64,000 nt of DNA from the NCBI GenBank assembly GCA_944323135.1, contig CALURI010000013.1, forward strand, positions 1,039-65,038, in the 5' to 3' direction. Under the pieces are notes generated by a model. The model was not told the origin of the DNA, did no database searches, and worked only from the letters and a program-made list of their open reading frames with translations. Of this stretch, positions 47,162 through 57,245 are shown one piece after another. How positions within the stretch are numbered: the first letter of the stretch is position 1; each line of letters starts with the position of its first letter. Source of the DNA: Candidatus Gastranaerophilales bacterium. Lineage in GTDB: Bacteria; Cyanobacteriota; Vampirovibrionia; Gastranaerophilales; Gastranaerophilaceae. The translations under genes and the position numbers were made by a program.

Positions 47162-47196
47162 AGACCGGAAAATCTTTTCACGCCGGTCTTTTTTTT
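47162..47196 (+). terminator. Rho-independent terminator
   Basis: AGACCGG-loop-CCGGTCT followed by T8. Confidence 0.75.
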
Positions 47197-47224
47197 GTCC
47201 AATGCATATAGTCCAAAACCAAAT

Positions 47225-47818
47225 TTAAAATTTATTAGAAGAATTATTCAAGTCATTCAAATACTCAAGCACTTTTCTTAGTGCTCTGCTGCGATGAGAA
47301 ATTTCATTCTTTTCTTTTTCTGTCATTTCTGCCATAGTTTGTTTGTAGTCGGTATCTTTTGTAAGAAAAATCGGATCGTAGCCAAAGCCGTTTGCTCCTG
47401 ATTGTTTTTCGGCAATTTGCCCGAAACATTCACCGCGTGTTTGGAATAAAATTTTTCCGTCTTTATCAACTAAAGTCATTGCGCAGACAAATTTTGCTTT
47501 TCTGTTTTTCTCATTTTTTAATACGTTTAATAATTTATCAATTCTTTTTTGAGGGGTTTTGTCATATCTTGCAGAGTAAATACCGGGAGCACCGTCAAGC
47601 ACTTCTACACATAGTCCTGAATCATCTGCAAGTGAAATTTGTCCGCTTATTCTTGCAGCTTCTTGAGCTTTAATTAATGAATTTTCTTCAAAAGTTTTTC
47701 CGTTTTCAACTGGATTAAAATTTTCAGGAGGCAGAATAAATTCAATATCAGTTTTGCCTGCTATTTCTTTAATTTCCTGTAATTTATGAGAATTTCCTGT
47801 TGCAAAAACTATTTTCAT
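47225..47818 (-). CDS. rdgB: Non-canonical purine NTP pyrophosphatase (RdgB/HAM1)
   Basis: MKIVFATGNSHKLQEIKEI, GFGYDPIF, and SHRSRALRKVLEYL at the C-terminus. Confidence 0.85.
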   Translation of the reverse strand: MKIVFATGNSHKLQEIKEIAGKTDIEFILPPENFNPVENGKTFEENSLIKAQEAARISGQISLADDSGLCVEVLDGAPGIYSARYDKTPQKRIDKLLNVLKNEKNRKAKFVCAMTLVDKDGKILFQTRGECFGQIAEKQSGANGFGYDPIFLTKDTDYKQTMAEMTEKEKNEISHRSRALRKVLEYLNDLNNSSNKF

Positions 47819-47819
47819 T

Positions 47820-48548
47820 TTATTTCCCGAATCTTCTTTGGCGATTATGAAATTCTTCAATTGCAAGTATTAGTGAATTTTTATCGAATTCCGGCCAATA
47901 TTGTTTTGTTATATATATTTCAGAATATGCAATTTGCCATAGAAGGTAATTTGATATTCTCATTTCTCCGCCTGTTCTTATAAGTAAATCAGGATCGGGA
48001 ATATTTTTTGTATAAAGATTTTCAGATATTAAATCTTCAGTAATATCTTCGGGTTTCACTCCTTTTGCAATAATATTTTTTACGGCATATACAATTTCAT
48101 CTCTTGAACCGTAGTTAAACGCGATTTGAAGATGTACACCTGTATTATTTTTTGTTGTTTCAACAGAATTAGCAAGAATTTTTTGAAGTTTGTCACTCAA
48201 TTTTGAAATGTCACCGATAAAAGAAATAATAACTCCTTCTGAATGCATTTCTGCAAGCTCATTTGTAAGAGTAATTGCTAAAAGCTCCATTAAAAAATCA
48301 ACTTCTTCTTTTTTTCTGTTCCAATTTTCGGTTGAAAATGCGTAAACTGTTAAATATTTGATTCCAAAATCTTTACAAGCACGTAATGTAGCTTTTAATG
48401 CATCTACACCTTTTTTGTGTCCCATTGCGGAAGGAAGATTTTTTTCTTTTGCCCATCTTCTGTTACCGTCCATAATTATTGCAATGTGCTGAAGATTAGT
48501 TTCTTTTACTGTTTGTGAGGTAATTAAATCTTTTTCTAAAGTTTTCAT
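47820..48548 (-). CDS. uppS: Undecaprenyl diphosphate synthase
   Basis: HIAIIMDGNRRWAKE, FSTENWNR, RTGGEMRISNYLLWQIAYSE. The start is at 48548; the track ORF extension to 48698 is rejected. Confidence 0.9.
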   Translation of the reverse strand: MKTLEKDLITSQTVKETNLQHIAIIMDGNRRWAKEKNLPSAMGHKKGVDALKATLRACKDFGIKYLTVYAFSTENWNRKKEEVDFLMELLAITLTNELAEMHSEGVIISFIGDISKLSDKLQKILANSVETTKNNTGVHLQIAFNYGSRDEIVYAVKNIIAKGVKPEDITEDLISENLYTKNIPDPDLLIRTGGEMRISNYLLWQIAYSEIYITKQYWPEFDKNSLILAIEEFHNRQRRFGK

Positions 48549-48679
48549 AATTTTAATTATATTGCAAATATGTAAAATATCAATAAATGAGTTTGTAAAA
48601 ATATTTGTTTGTGTGATAATTTTCATGAGGCTAAAAATATAATAGCGATGTACACAATATAAAAAAGGAAAAGACAAAA

Positions 48680-50770
48680 ATGGCAAGAAAAACTCCATTA
48701 GAAAAAATCAGAAACATTGGTATTGCCGCTCACATTGATGCCGGTAAAACCACTACAACTGAACGTATTTTGTTTTACACTGGTAAAACACATAAAATTG
48801 GTGAAACTCACGATGGTGCTGCTGTAACAGACTTTATGGAACAAGAAAAAGAACGTGGTATTACAATTCAGTCAGCTGCAGTAACTGCTGAATGGAAAGG
48901 TCACCAAATTAACATTATCGACACCCCGGGACACGTTGACTTTACAATTGAAGTTGAAAGATCTTTACGTGTATTAGATGGTGTTGTTGCAGTATTCTGT
49001 GCTGTAGGCGGTGTTCAATCTCAATCAGAAACTGTTTGGAGACAAGCTAACAGATACGAAGTTCCTCGTATGGTATTCGTTAACAAAATGGATAGAACAG
49101 GTGCTGATTTTTATAGAGTTGTTAATCAAATTAAAAACAGATTAGGAGCAAATGCTGTTCCTATCCAATTACCAATTGGATCAGAAGATAAATTTACAGG
49201 TTTAATTGATCTTATGACAATGAAAGCTGAAATTTATACAAATGATTTAGGTACTGATATTAGAGAAGAAGCTATTCCTGCTGATATGGCTGATAAAGCT
49301 AAAGAATACAGAGATGCTATGGTTGAAGCTATTGCAAGTGAAGACGATGCATTAATGGAAAAATATTTTGAAGATCCTGAATCAATAACAATAGATGAGT
49401 TAAAAGCAGTTTTAAGAAAAGCAGTTTGTGAAAATAAAATAGTTCCTGTAACTTGTGGTACTGCATTTAAAAACAAAGGTGTTCAATTATTATTAAACGC
49501 TGTTGTTGATTATATGCCATCACCTGTTGATGTAAAAGCTATTGAAGGAGAACTTGAAGACGGTACAAAAACTGAAAGACATTCATCAGATTCAGAACCA
49601 TTTTCAGCACTTGCTTTTAAAGTTATGACAGACCCTTATGTAGGTCGTTTAACATTCTTAAGAGTTTATTCAGGTGTAATTAATTCTGGTTCTTATGTTC
49701 TAAATGCTACTAACGGCAAAAAAGAACGTATCGCAAGATTAGTTCGTATGTATGCTGATCAAAGACTTGAAGAACAAGAAGTTTATGCAGGTGACATTTG
49801 TGCAGCTGTAGGTTTGAAAGATACTACTACAGGTGATACATTATGTGATGAAAAAGCACCTATTATCTTAGAAAAAATGACTTTCCCAGAACCTGTTATT
49901 TCTGTTGCAATTGAACCAAAAACAAAAGCAGACCAAGATAAGATGGGTATTGCTCTTCAAAAACTTGCAGAAGAAGATCCTTCTTTCCGTGTTAAATCTG
50001 ATACAGAAACAGGTCAGACAATTATTTCAGGTATGGGCGAACTTCACCTTGATATTATTGTTGACCGTATGCTTAGAGAATTTAAAGTAGAAGCTAACAT
50101 CGGTAAACCGCAAGTTGCATACAGAGAAACTATCAGAGGTAATGCAGATCAGGATTCTAAATTTATCCGTCAGTCAGGTGGTAAAGGTCAATACGGACAT
50201 GTTAAAGTTAAAATTTCTCCTGCTGAAGAAAATGCCGGATTTGTATTTGAAAATAAAATTGTTGGTGGTGCTATTCCTAAAGAATACATTGAACCTGCAA
50301 GAAAAGGTATGGAAGAAGCTTTAGAAGGCGGTATTTTAGCAGGCTTCCCGATGATTGATGTAAAAGTAGAACTTTATGATGGTTCATATCACGAAGTTGA
50401 CTCTTCTGAAATGGCATTTAAAATCGCAGGTTCTATGGCAATAAAAGAAGGTTGTCGCAAAGCTCAACCTTGCATATTAGAACCTATGATGAAAGTTGAA
50501 ATTGAAATTCCTGATGAATTTACAGGTACAATTATCGGAGATATTTCAAGAAGAAGAGGACGTGTTGAAGGTCAAGAACCTGTTGGTAATACAGGAAATG
50601 TTATTGTAAGAGCTCTTGTACCTCTTGCTAACATGTTCGGTTATGCAACTGATTTGAGATCAAATACTCAAGGACGCGGTACTTTCTCAATGGAATTTAA
50701 TCATTATGAACAAGTCCCGCCGAACATTGAAAAAGAAATTATTGAAAAATCAGGCGCAAGCAAATCTTAA
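48680..50770 (+). CDS. fusA: Elongation factor G
   Basis: The G-domain motifs [17 protein letters not shown] and NKMD are all present. 696 aa. It stands alone, with no rpsL/rpsG/tuf neighbours. Confidence 0.95.
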   Translation: MARKTPLEKIRNIGIAAHIDAGKTTTTERILFYTGKTHKIGETHDGAAVTDFMEQEKERGITIQSAAVTAEWKGHQINIIDTPGHVDFTIEVERSLRVLDGVVAVFCAVGGVQSQSETVWRQANRYEVPRMVFVNKMDRTGADFYRVVNQIKNRLGANAVPIQLPIGSEDKFTGLIDLMTMKAEIYTNDLGTDIREEAIPADMADKAKEYRDAMVEAIASEDDALMEKYFEDPESITIDELKAVLRKAVCENKIVPVTCGTAFKNKGVQLLLNAVVDYMPSPVDVKAIEGELEDGTKTERHSSDSEPFSALAFKVMTDPYVGRLTFLRVYSGVINSGSYVLNATNGKKERIARLVRMYADQRLEEQEVYAGDICAAVGLKDTTTGDTLCDEKAPIILEKMTFPEPVISVAIEPKTKADQDKMGIALQKLAEEDPSFRVKSDTETGQTIISGMGELHLDIIVDRMLREFKVEANIGKPQVAYRETIRGNADQDSKFIRQSGGKGQYGHVKVKISPAEENAGFVFENKIVGGAIPKEYIEPARKGMEEALEGGILAGFPMIDVKVELYDGSYHEVDSSEMAFKIAGSMAIKEGCRKAQPCILEPMMKVEIEIPDEFTGTIIGDISRRRGRVEGQEPVGNTGNVIVRALVPLANMFGYATDLRSNTQGRGTFSMEFNHYEQVPPNIEKEIIEKSGASKS

Positions 50771-50798
50771 TTTTTCTAACTTTTATATATGAAAAAAT

Positions 50799-50834
50799 AA
50801 GCTCCTTAAATTTTTTAAGGAGCTTTTATTTTGT
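50799..50834 (+). terminator. Rho-independent terminator of fusA
   Basis: AAGCTCCTTAA-loop-TTAAGGAGCTT followed by a T-run. Confidence 0.8.
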
Positions 50835-50862
50835 TATGTCTCTTCTCTTCTTATTTTAGTTA

Positions 50863-52884
50863 TTAACCGAATGTCTTGAATGAATTTTCAACGTTTTTAT
50901 CAACTACGTTTTTAACTGAATCATATTCTGTTTGTAATGCAGAATGTTCTGTATCAAGTTTTTTCAATTCAAGATCAAGTTTTTTGTCTTTATTTTCAAG
51001 GTCTGCCATGTCTTGATTATATTTTGTTTCTGCTGCAGCTATAGCTCTTTCATCTGAAACTTCTTGAATACAGTTGTCTTCAGATATTGTTGTTGATACA
51101 AATTCTTTATCTGTTGTTGAGTAGTATTCTAATCTTAAAGTTCCGTCTCTTAAAGCTTCTTCAAATGTTACATTATCTTTAAGCGGAGATTTTTGAACAT
51201 TGCCTGCTGTGCCTGTTCCTATTGAGGCATATATATAATGTTCTGGATCGCTATTTGCTTTAGAGGCAGTAGTTGTATATGTAAAATATCCGTTTGATTG
51301 CATTTTGGTGAATATATTTTTGTAATATTTTAACGCAGCGGTATTATCTGCATTTGAAGCTGATTTATAGTCACTTAAATCATAATATTCATTATAAGCT
51401 TTTTGAGCATCTGTAAGACTTTCTTCTGTTCTCATAAAAACTTCTGTTATTGCCATTGCATAATCATATAAATCTCTTGATTCTTGGGTTGTTCCTTCAT
51501 AATTTATAGGATTATAAACAAATTTACTTTCATCATATTGAATTGTAGATTTTGTTTCGTCAGAGAAAGTATCATAAGGTACTTTTGTACCTGTGGTTTT
51601 GTTATAATATCTTAATTCATAATCCTGATTATATTGTGTATAATCTGAATATGCATCATAATTTTCTTTGACCAAATTGCCGGTTCCGTCATCATAATAG
51701 TAACCTAATGTGCCAAGTTTAGTTGTTTCAGAAAAATCATCATAATCAATTACATTATTATCTGAATCAACATAACGTAAAGTATATTCCGGATTTCCGG
51801 TTATGGCTGTGCTGTAACTGTCGTTTTTATTATCATTATCTGAGTCTGTATCAAAAGGAATTATATTACCGTTTTTATCAACATACATTTCTTTATAAGA
51901 ACTATTATTTTTTACATTGTTAGAATAACCGTCATATTCTGTTATAATAGTTCCATCAGCTTGTTCATAGCCTTTTTTGTATTTATCATTGCTTGTGATA
52001 TCTGCTGAGTATGCATTAAAGCCGACTAAATTCCCTGTTGTTTTATCGAAGTATCTTAATTCATAATTTTGATTTTTTGCGATTTCGTCTGAATAAGCAT
52101 CTTTGTTAATAGGATCTCCGTTTACGTCAAGAATATTTCCGTCTGCATCTGTTTTGTATAGAATATTTCCATCTTTATCGATAGGTTGTCCGTCTTCATT
52201 TAATAAAAGGTAGCTTGTATAACCGCTGCCAACGAATGAATAACCTTGGTTTTGTAAAATTGCGGCAATTTCATCAGCAGTTTTTCCTGCTGTATCTATT
52301 ACATTTCCGTTTTTATCTAAATATTGTCCTTGTTCGTTAGTACTCCAAGTGTTGTTCCATTTAAATTCTTCTAAAAATCCGTCATGTTCTACATCACCGA
52401 GATTAATTCCAATTGTAGCAAAGTATTTATCCCAAGCTTCGTGGAGTTTTTTAGCTGCATTTGCTTTGTCAGTATCAGAAAGAGTTGCTGTATTTTGTAC
52501 AGTCATGTCGGATTGTGAATATCCTAAATTAGCTAAAAATTGGTTGTAATTTCCGTTTGATTTTTTATATGCATTGGCAAGATCTTCTGTTACCAAAATT
52601 CTTCCTTTGGTATCAGTTACGATGTATTGTTTTGTATTTTCTGCCATTTGCAAACCTGTCATTAGGTTATAAGAAATATCGGAATATGTTGCTTCTGCAC
52701 CGTTAAAGCCTGTTAATACGGTAAGTTTTGTAGCAGAAAGAGCTTCATTATATTCATTTGTAATTTGTTGAGTTTGATCTGCTAAACGTTGTTTTGAATA
52801 GGAAATACTCTGACCGCTGTTTTCATTATTGGTCAGTCTGGCTGTTATGCTTAATAGTCTAGCTTGTGATGCTGCCATTCCCAT
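50863..52884 (-). CDS. Large repeat protein with helical N- and C-termini (no family recognised)
   Basis: 673 aa. The N-terminus is MGMAASQARLLSITARLTNNENS..QRLADQTQQITNEYNEAL. The centre has D/N/Y/T-rich repeats (YELRYFDKTTGNLV, YTLRYVDSDNNVI, YELRYYNKTTGTKV; DKNGNVI/DKDGNIL/DADGNIL). The C-terminus is a coiled coil (DLENKDKKLDLELKKLDTEHSALQTEYDSVKN). No signal peptide. Confidence 0.6.
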   Translation of the reverse strand: MGMAASQARLLSITARLTNNENSGQSISYSKQRLADQTQQITNEYNEALSATKLTVLTGFNGAEATYSDISYNLMTGLQMAENTKQYIVTDTKGRILVTEDLANAYKKSNGNYNQFLANLGYSQSDMTVQNTATLSDTDKANAAKKLHEAWDKYFATIGINLGDVEHDGFLEEFKWNNTWSTNEQGQYLDKNGNVIDTAGKTADEIAAILQNQGYSFVGSGYTSYLLLNEDGQPIDKDGNILYKTDADGNILDVNGDPINKDAYSDEIAKNQNYELRYFDKTTGNLVGFNAYSADITSNDKYKKGYEQADGTIITEYDGYSNNVKNNSSYKEMYVDKNGNIIPFDTDSDNDNKNDSYSTAITGNPEYTLRYVDSDNNVIDYDDFSETTKLGTLGYYYDDGTGNLVKENYDAYSDYTQYNQDYELRYYNKTTGTKVPYDTFSDETKSTIQYDESKFVYNPINYEGTTQESRDLYDYAMAITEVFMRTEESLTDAQKAYNEYYDLSDYKSASNADNTAALKYYKNIFTKMQSNGYFTYTTTASKANSDPEHYIYASIGTGTAGNVQKSPLKDNVTFEEALRDGTLRLEYYSTTDKEFVSTTISEDNCIQEVSDERAIAAAETKYNQDMADLENKDKKLDLELKKLDTEHSALQTEYDSVKNVVDKNVENSFKTFG

Positions 52885-53055
52885 TTTTTTTACCCTTTCC
52901 GTAAATTTTGGTGTAAGCTTTCAGTTTGTTATCGGAAGCTGATTTCCTTTCAAATAGTTCCTTTAGTCATGTTTACGGCATAGTTATTGCAAATCTTTAA
53001 ATTCTTATTTGAAAATGTTACAAAATGTTTACAAAATTTTTACAATTTTTTCATA

Positions 53056-53098
53056 AAAAAATCCCCTCTCTAATTATTAGGGAAGGGATTATTTTTTT
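53056..53098 (-). terminator. Terminator hairpin downstream of ileS
   Basis: The AATCCCTTCCC...GGGGATT imperfect stem is flanked by T-runs on both strands. Confidence 0.65.
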
Positions 53099-53108
53099 TA
53101 TTTGAAAT

Positions 53109-55934
53109 TTATTTTACAGCTTCTTCGCATTCTGAGCAGATGCCGTTTGAATTAAGTTTTCTGTATTTCCAGCATCTTGAGCATTTTTCGCCTTCTGCTT
53201 TTGTTACCCAAATTGTATAACCATCTTCTGTATATTCATTTAATACATTTTCAGGTTTTTCATCTGTTACATATGCTTGAGAAGTTATAAATATATTACA
53301 AAGTTCATTTTCATTAGCTTTTAATATAGCATTATCATCTGTTTTTATATATACAGCTACTTCAAGTGAGCTTCCGACTTTTTTGTCAGCGCGCAGAGGC
53401 TCAATTGCTCTTGTAACTACTTCACGTGTTTTAAGAATTTTTGTAAAATCTTCTTCTAATTTTTCATTAGTCCACTGTGGATTTGGTTTAACCCAATTTG
53501 AAAGCAGTATGCTTTCTAGTCCGTTTTTCTGACATTCAGGAACGCTCATCCAAATATCTTCTGCTTGATGAGGCATAACTGGAACAAGCATTCTTACTAA
53601 TGTTTGTAATGTTTCATATAAAACAGTTTGACAAGCTCTGCGTGACAAAGATTTTTTGCCTGCTGTGTATAATCTGTCTTTTACGATATCAAGATAGAAC
53701 GAACTTAAATCAACCGCTGCAAAGTTCTGTAATTGTTGGAAATATTTGTAGAATTCGTAATTATCAAAAGCTTCGGTTACAGTTTCGATTAAGTGGTTTA
53801 ATTTATGAAGAGCAAATTTATCTATTTCTTTTAAGTCTTCATAATTTACATAATCAGTTTTCGGATCGAAGTCAAATAGGTTTCCTACCAAAAATCTTGA
53901 TGTATTTCTTGTTTTCTTAAATATTTCTGCAAGCTGTTTAATTATATTATTTCCGATTTTTGTATCATTTCTGTAATCAACAGATGCAGCCCATAGTCTT
54001 AGAATGTCAGCGCCGTATGTTTTGATGATTTCATCAGGTCTGATGTAATTCCCTAATGATTTTGACATTTTTCTGCCGTCTTCCCCGAATACAAAACCGT
54101 GGGTTAATACTGATTTATATGGGGCAATCCCTTGAGTTGCTACAGATGTTAAAAGAGATGACTGGAACCAGCCTCTGTGTTGGTCAGAACCTTCTAAATA
54201 CATTTCAACAGGAGTTGTACCGAGAACATCTGAACGTTTATTTACAACCGCGCGCCAAGTGATACCAGAATCAAACCATACATCCATAATATCATTTTCT
54301 TTTTTGAAGCAATGAGTTTTACCGCATTTTGGGCATTTAAAACCTTCAGGTAACAATTCATCTGTGGAATATTTTACCCAGGCATCAGAACTTTCTTTTT
54401 CAAATATTTTAGCGACATTTTCAATTGTTTCGTCAGTAACAATTACTTCTCCGCAATCTTCGCAATAGAATACAGGAATTGGAACCCCCCAAGCACGTTG
54501 ACGGGATATACACCAATCTGTTCTGCCTGCTACCATGTTAGAAATTCTTGCTTCTCCGCCTGCAGGAATCCATTTTACTTTTTTTATTTCTTCCAATGCT
54601 TTATCTCTGAATTTGTCAACTTTAACAAACCATTGAGGTGTAGCTCTGTATATTACCGGATTTTTACATCTCCAGCAATGCGGATAACTATGATTTATAT
54701 CTTGAGATTTTAAAAGTGCGCCGCAATTTTGAAGTTTTTCAATAACAATTGAATTACCTTTATAATAAGGAACACCTTCCAAATCTTTATCTTTTACAGT
54801 ATCTGTCCAAATTCCTTTGCTGTCTAATGGTGAAAATACTTCAATACCGTATTTGCATCCGACTTCATAGTCTTCAAGACCGTGTCCCGGAGCTGTGTGA
54901 ACAGAACCTGTACCTGCATCTAATGTAACGTGTTCTCCCAAAATTATTGGAGATTTTCTGTCTACTAATGGATGATTTGTATTTAATAATTCTAAATCTT
55001 GTCCTATGCAAGATCCTAATACTTTAATGTCTTTTTCATCCCATTCAACATCAGCCAAAAAGCTTCCTAAAAGTTCTTGAGCAACAACATATATATCTTT
55101 ATTATATTCAAAGAATGTATATTCAAATTTAGGGTGCATGCTTATTGCCATATTTGAAGGAATTGTCCAAGGAGTTGTTGTCCAAATAACACAATAAATA
55201 TCCTGAGTACAAGAAGACAGGAAGTCAAGTTTATTATGTAATTTATTGGTGCTGTCTACATCAAATTTAAATCTTACATAAATTGATGTTGATGTATGAT
55301 CTGCATATTCAACTTCAGCTTCTGCAAGTGCTGTTTCGCAAGATGCACACCAATAAACAGGTTTCAAACCCTTTTCAATATAACCTTTTTTATACATTTC
55401 TCCGAAAACTCGAACTTGTTCAGCTTCAAATTCCGGTGCGATAGTTAAATAAGGATTTTCCCAATCACCAAGAACTCCAAGGCGTTTGAATTCACTTTCT
55501 TGACCTTTTAAACTTGTATGAGCAAATTCTCTGCATTTTTGTCTTAGTTCATAAGGTGTTAATGCACTTCTTCCGCCTTTTATATTTTTTACAACTTTAT
55601 TTTCAATAGGAAGTCCGTGTCCGTCATATCCCGGCACATAAGGGGTATAATATCCTGCTTGAGCTTTATATTTTAATAAAATATCTTTAAGGATTTTATT
55701 AAGAGCAGTTCCAACGTGAATTTTTTCGGAACTTAAATAAGGAGGTCCGTCGTGTAATATAAATTTATTTGCTTTATCACGGTTGTTTATAATTTTATTA
55801 TAAATATCATGTTCTTCCCAGAATTTTTGAATTTCAAGTTCTCTGACAGTTGCATTAGCTCTCATTGCAAGAGATGTTTGAGGAAGATTTAAAGTATCTT
55901 TGTACTCTATTTTTGTACTTGTTTCGTTAGCCAT
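53109..55934 (-). CDS. ileS: Isoleucine--tRNA ligase
   Basis: HIGH-region HVGT, KMSKS, the editing-domain insert, and C-terminal zinc-binding CxxC pairs (CSRCWKY...CSEC). 941 aa. Confidence 0.95.
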   Translation of the reverse strand: MANETSTKIEYKDTLNLPQTSLAMRANATVRELEIQKFWEEHDIYNKIINNRDKANKFILHDGPPYLSSEKIHVGTALNKILKDILLKYKAQAGYYTPYVPGYDGHGLPIENKVVKNIKGGRSALTPYELRQKCREFAHTSLKGQESEFKRLGVLGDWENPYLTIAPEFEAEQVRVFGEMYKKGYIEKGLKPVYWCASCETALAEAEVEYADHTSTSIYVRFKFDVDSTNKLHNKLDFLSSCTQDIYCVIWTTTPWTIPSNMAISMHPKFEYTFFEYNKDIYVVAQELLGSFLADVEWDEKDIKVLGSCIGQDLELLNTNHPLVDRKSPIILGEHVTLDAGTGSVHTAPGHGLEDYEVGCKYGIEVFSPLDSKGIWTDTVKDKDLEGVPYYKGNSIVIEKLQNCGALLKSQDINHSYPHCWRCKNPVIYRATPQWFVKVDKFRDKALEEIKKVKWIPAGGEARISNMVAGRTDWCISRQRAWGVPIPVFYCEDCGEVIVTDETIENVAKIFEKESSDAWVKYSTDELLPEGFKCPKCGKTHCFKKENDIMDVWFDSGITWRAVVNKRSDVLGTTPVEMYLEGSDQHRGWFQSSLLTSVATQGIAPYKSVLTHGFVFGEDGRKMSKSLGNYIRPDEIIKTYGADILRLWAASVDYRNDTKIGNNIIKQLAEIFKKTRNTSRFLVGNLFDFDPKTDYVNYEDLKEIDKFALHKLNHLIETVTEAFDNYEFYKYFQQLQNFAAVDLSSFYLDIVKDRLYTAGKKSLSRRACQTVLYETLQTLVRMLVPVMPHQAEDIWMSVPECQKNGLESILLSNWVKPNPQWTNEKLEEDFTKILKTREVVTRAIEPLRADKKVGSSLEVAVYIKTDDNAILKANENELCNIFITSQAYVTDEKPENVLNEYTEDGYTIWVTKAEGEKCSRCWKYRKLNSNGICSECEEAVK

Positions 55935-55940
55935 AATAAA

Positions 55941-57245
55941 TTATCCTTCTTTAAATTGTTCTATTGTTTTATGTAAATCGTTACCTAAACTTTCTTCTTT
56001 TGAAAGTCTTACAAATTCATTCATCTTGTCATAATCAAAAACGTTTTCCCAGCGGGCAATAACAACTGTTGCGACACAATTTCCTACAAGATTAATTGCC
56101 GTTCTTCCCATATCAAGGATTTGGTCTATTCCTAAAAGAATTGCAACCCCGAGAATTGGAATATTAAAACTGGCCAAAGTGCCTGCAAGAACTATTAGTG
56201 CAACACGCGGAGCGCCTGCAATACCTTTACTTGTAAGCATTAATGCAAGCATAATAATTATTTGCTGGTTTAAATCAAGATGTATCCCTACAATTTGGGA
56301 AGAAAATAATACGCCCATTGCAAGGTAAATTGTACTTCCGTCAAGGTTAAATGTGTACCCTGTAGGCATTACAAATCCTACAATATTTTTTGGAACACCA
56401 AAACGCTCCATAATTTCCATAGCTTTTGGAAATGCAGCTTCTGAACTTGCAGTTGTGAACGCTAATAATGCTGGTTCTTGAACAGCTCTCAGCAAGTTTC
56501 TGAATGAAATTTTTACTATTTTACAAGCAATAAAAAGTACGAGAAGTACAAATATTGCAAGTGCAAAATACATTGCACCTATTACTTTGAAATAACTTTT
56601 TAATACAGATAATCCGTTTGCACCGATTGTTGATGCAATAGCGCCAAATATCCCTAAAGGTGCAAAATACATAACATATTCGGTGAATTTGAACATTATT
56701 TGTGAAACGGAATTTAAAATATCAATAACAGGTTTTGCAGATTTCCCTACAGCTACCATTGCAAGAGCAAAGAATATTGAAAATACTACAATTTGTAATA
56801 AATTCCCTTGTGCCATTGCATCAATAATACTTGTCGGAAAAATACTTGTAACCATTTCACTAATTGATGTATGTGCTTGTGTTGCAGCCATAAGTCCGGC
56901 TTCCTGCATGTGTATTGCATGCGGGGTATTTCTTGTTACAAAACCTACGCCGGGTTGAAAAATATTTGCCATAGTCAGCCCGATTATTAAAGCTAAAGTT
57001 GTTACAACTTCAAAATAAATAATTGTTTTTAATCCTATTTTTCCAAGCCTTTTTGCATCACCATGTCCTGCAATTCCGACGACCAAAGTCGCAAATAACA
57101 AAGGGGCAATAATCATTTTTACCATTCTAAGAAATATTACGGCAAACGGTCTCATTTTAACCGCAAAATCAGGGGCAAAATGACCTACAATAATTCCTAA
57201 AATTAGCGCTAAAAATATCAGGGCTGTAAGTTTTGAATGTTTCAA
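55941..57245 (-). CDS. Dicarboxylate/amino acid:cation symporter (DAACS; GltP/DctA-like)
   Basis: 434-aa polytopic protein. The segments AFTTASSEAAFP and VATVVIA are typical of the family. Confidence 0.85.
   Translation of the reverse strand: MKHSKLTALIFLALILGIIVGHFAPDFAVKMRPFAVIFLRMVKMIIAPLLFATLVVGIAGHGDAKRLGKIGLKTIIYFEVVTTLALIIGLTMANIFQPGVGFVTRNTPHAIHMQEAGLMAATQAHTSISEMVTSIFPTSIIDAMAQGNLLQIVVFSIFFALAMVAVGKSAKPVIDILNSVSQIMFKFTEYVMYFAPLGIFGAIASTIGANGLSVLKSYFKVIGAMYFALAIFVLLVLFIACKIVKISFRNLLRAVQEPALLAFTTASSEAAFPKAMEIMERFGVPKNIVGFVMPTGYTFNLDGSTIYLAMGVLFSSQIVGIHLDLNQQIIIMLALMLTSKGIAGAPRVALIVLAGTLASFNIPILGVAILLGIDQILDMGRTAINLVGNCVATVVIARWENVFDYDKMNEFVRLSKEESLGNDLHKTIEQFKEG

Noticed and set aside
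48549-48698. N-terminal extension of uppS (track ORF to 48698). Similar extended starts occur for hup (25418), trpS (37627), speB (29974), rdgB (47866), the GT2 gene (60674) and the RgpF-like gene (62467).
   Set aside because: In each case, an internal ATG preceded by a purine-rich RBS coincides with the conserved family N-terminus. The extensions overlap neighbouring genes or promoters.
52885-52960. Sigma-28 (FliA) promoter upstream of the 673-aa repeat protein; TCCGATAA on the minus strand at 52929-52936.
   Set aside because: The -10-like CCGATAA is present. No TAAA -35 element lies at the required ~15-nt spacing (the sequence there reads ATTT/GAAA), so the match is incomplete.
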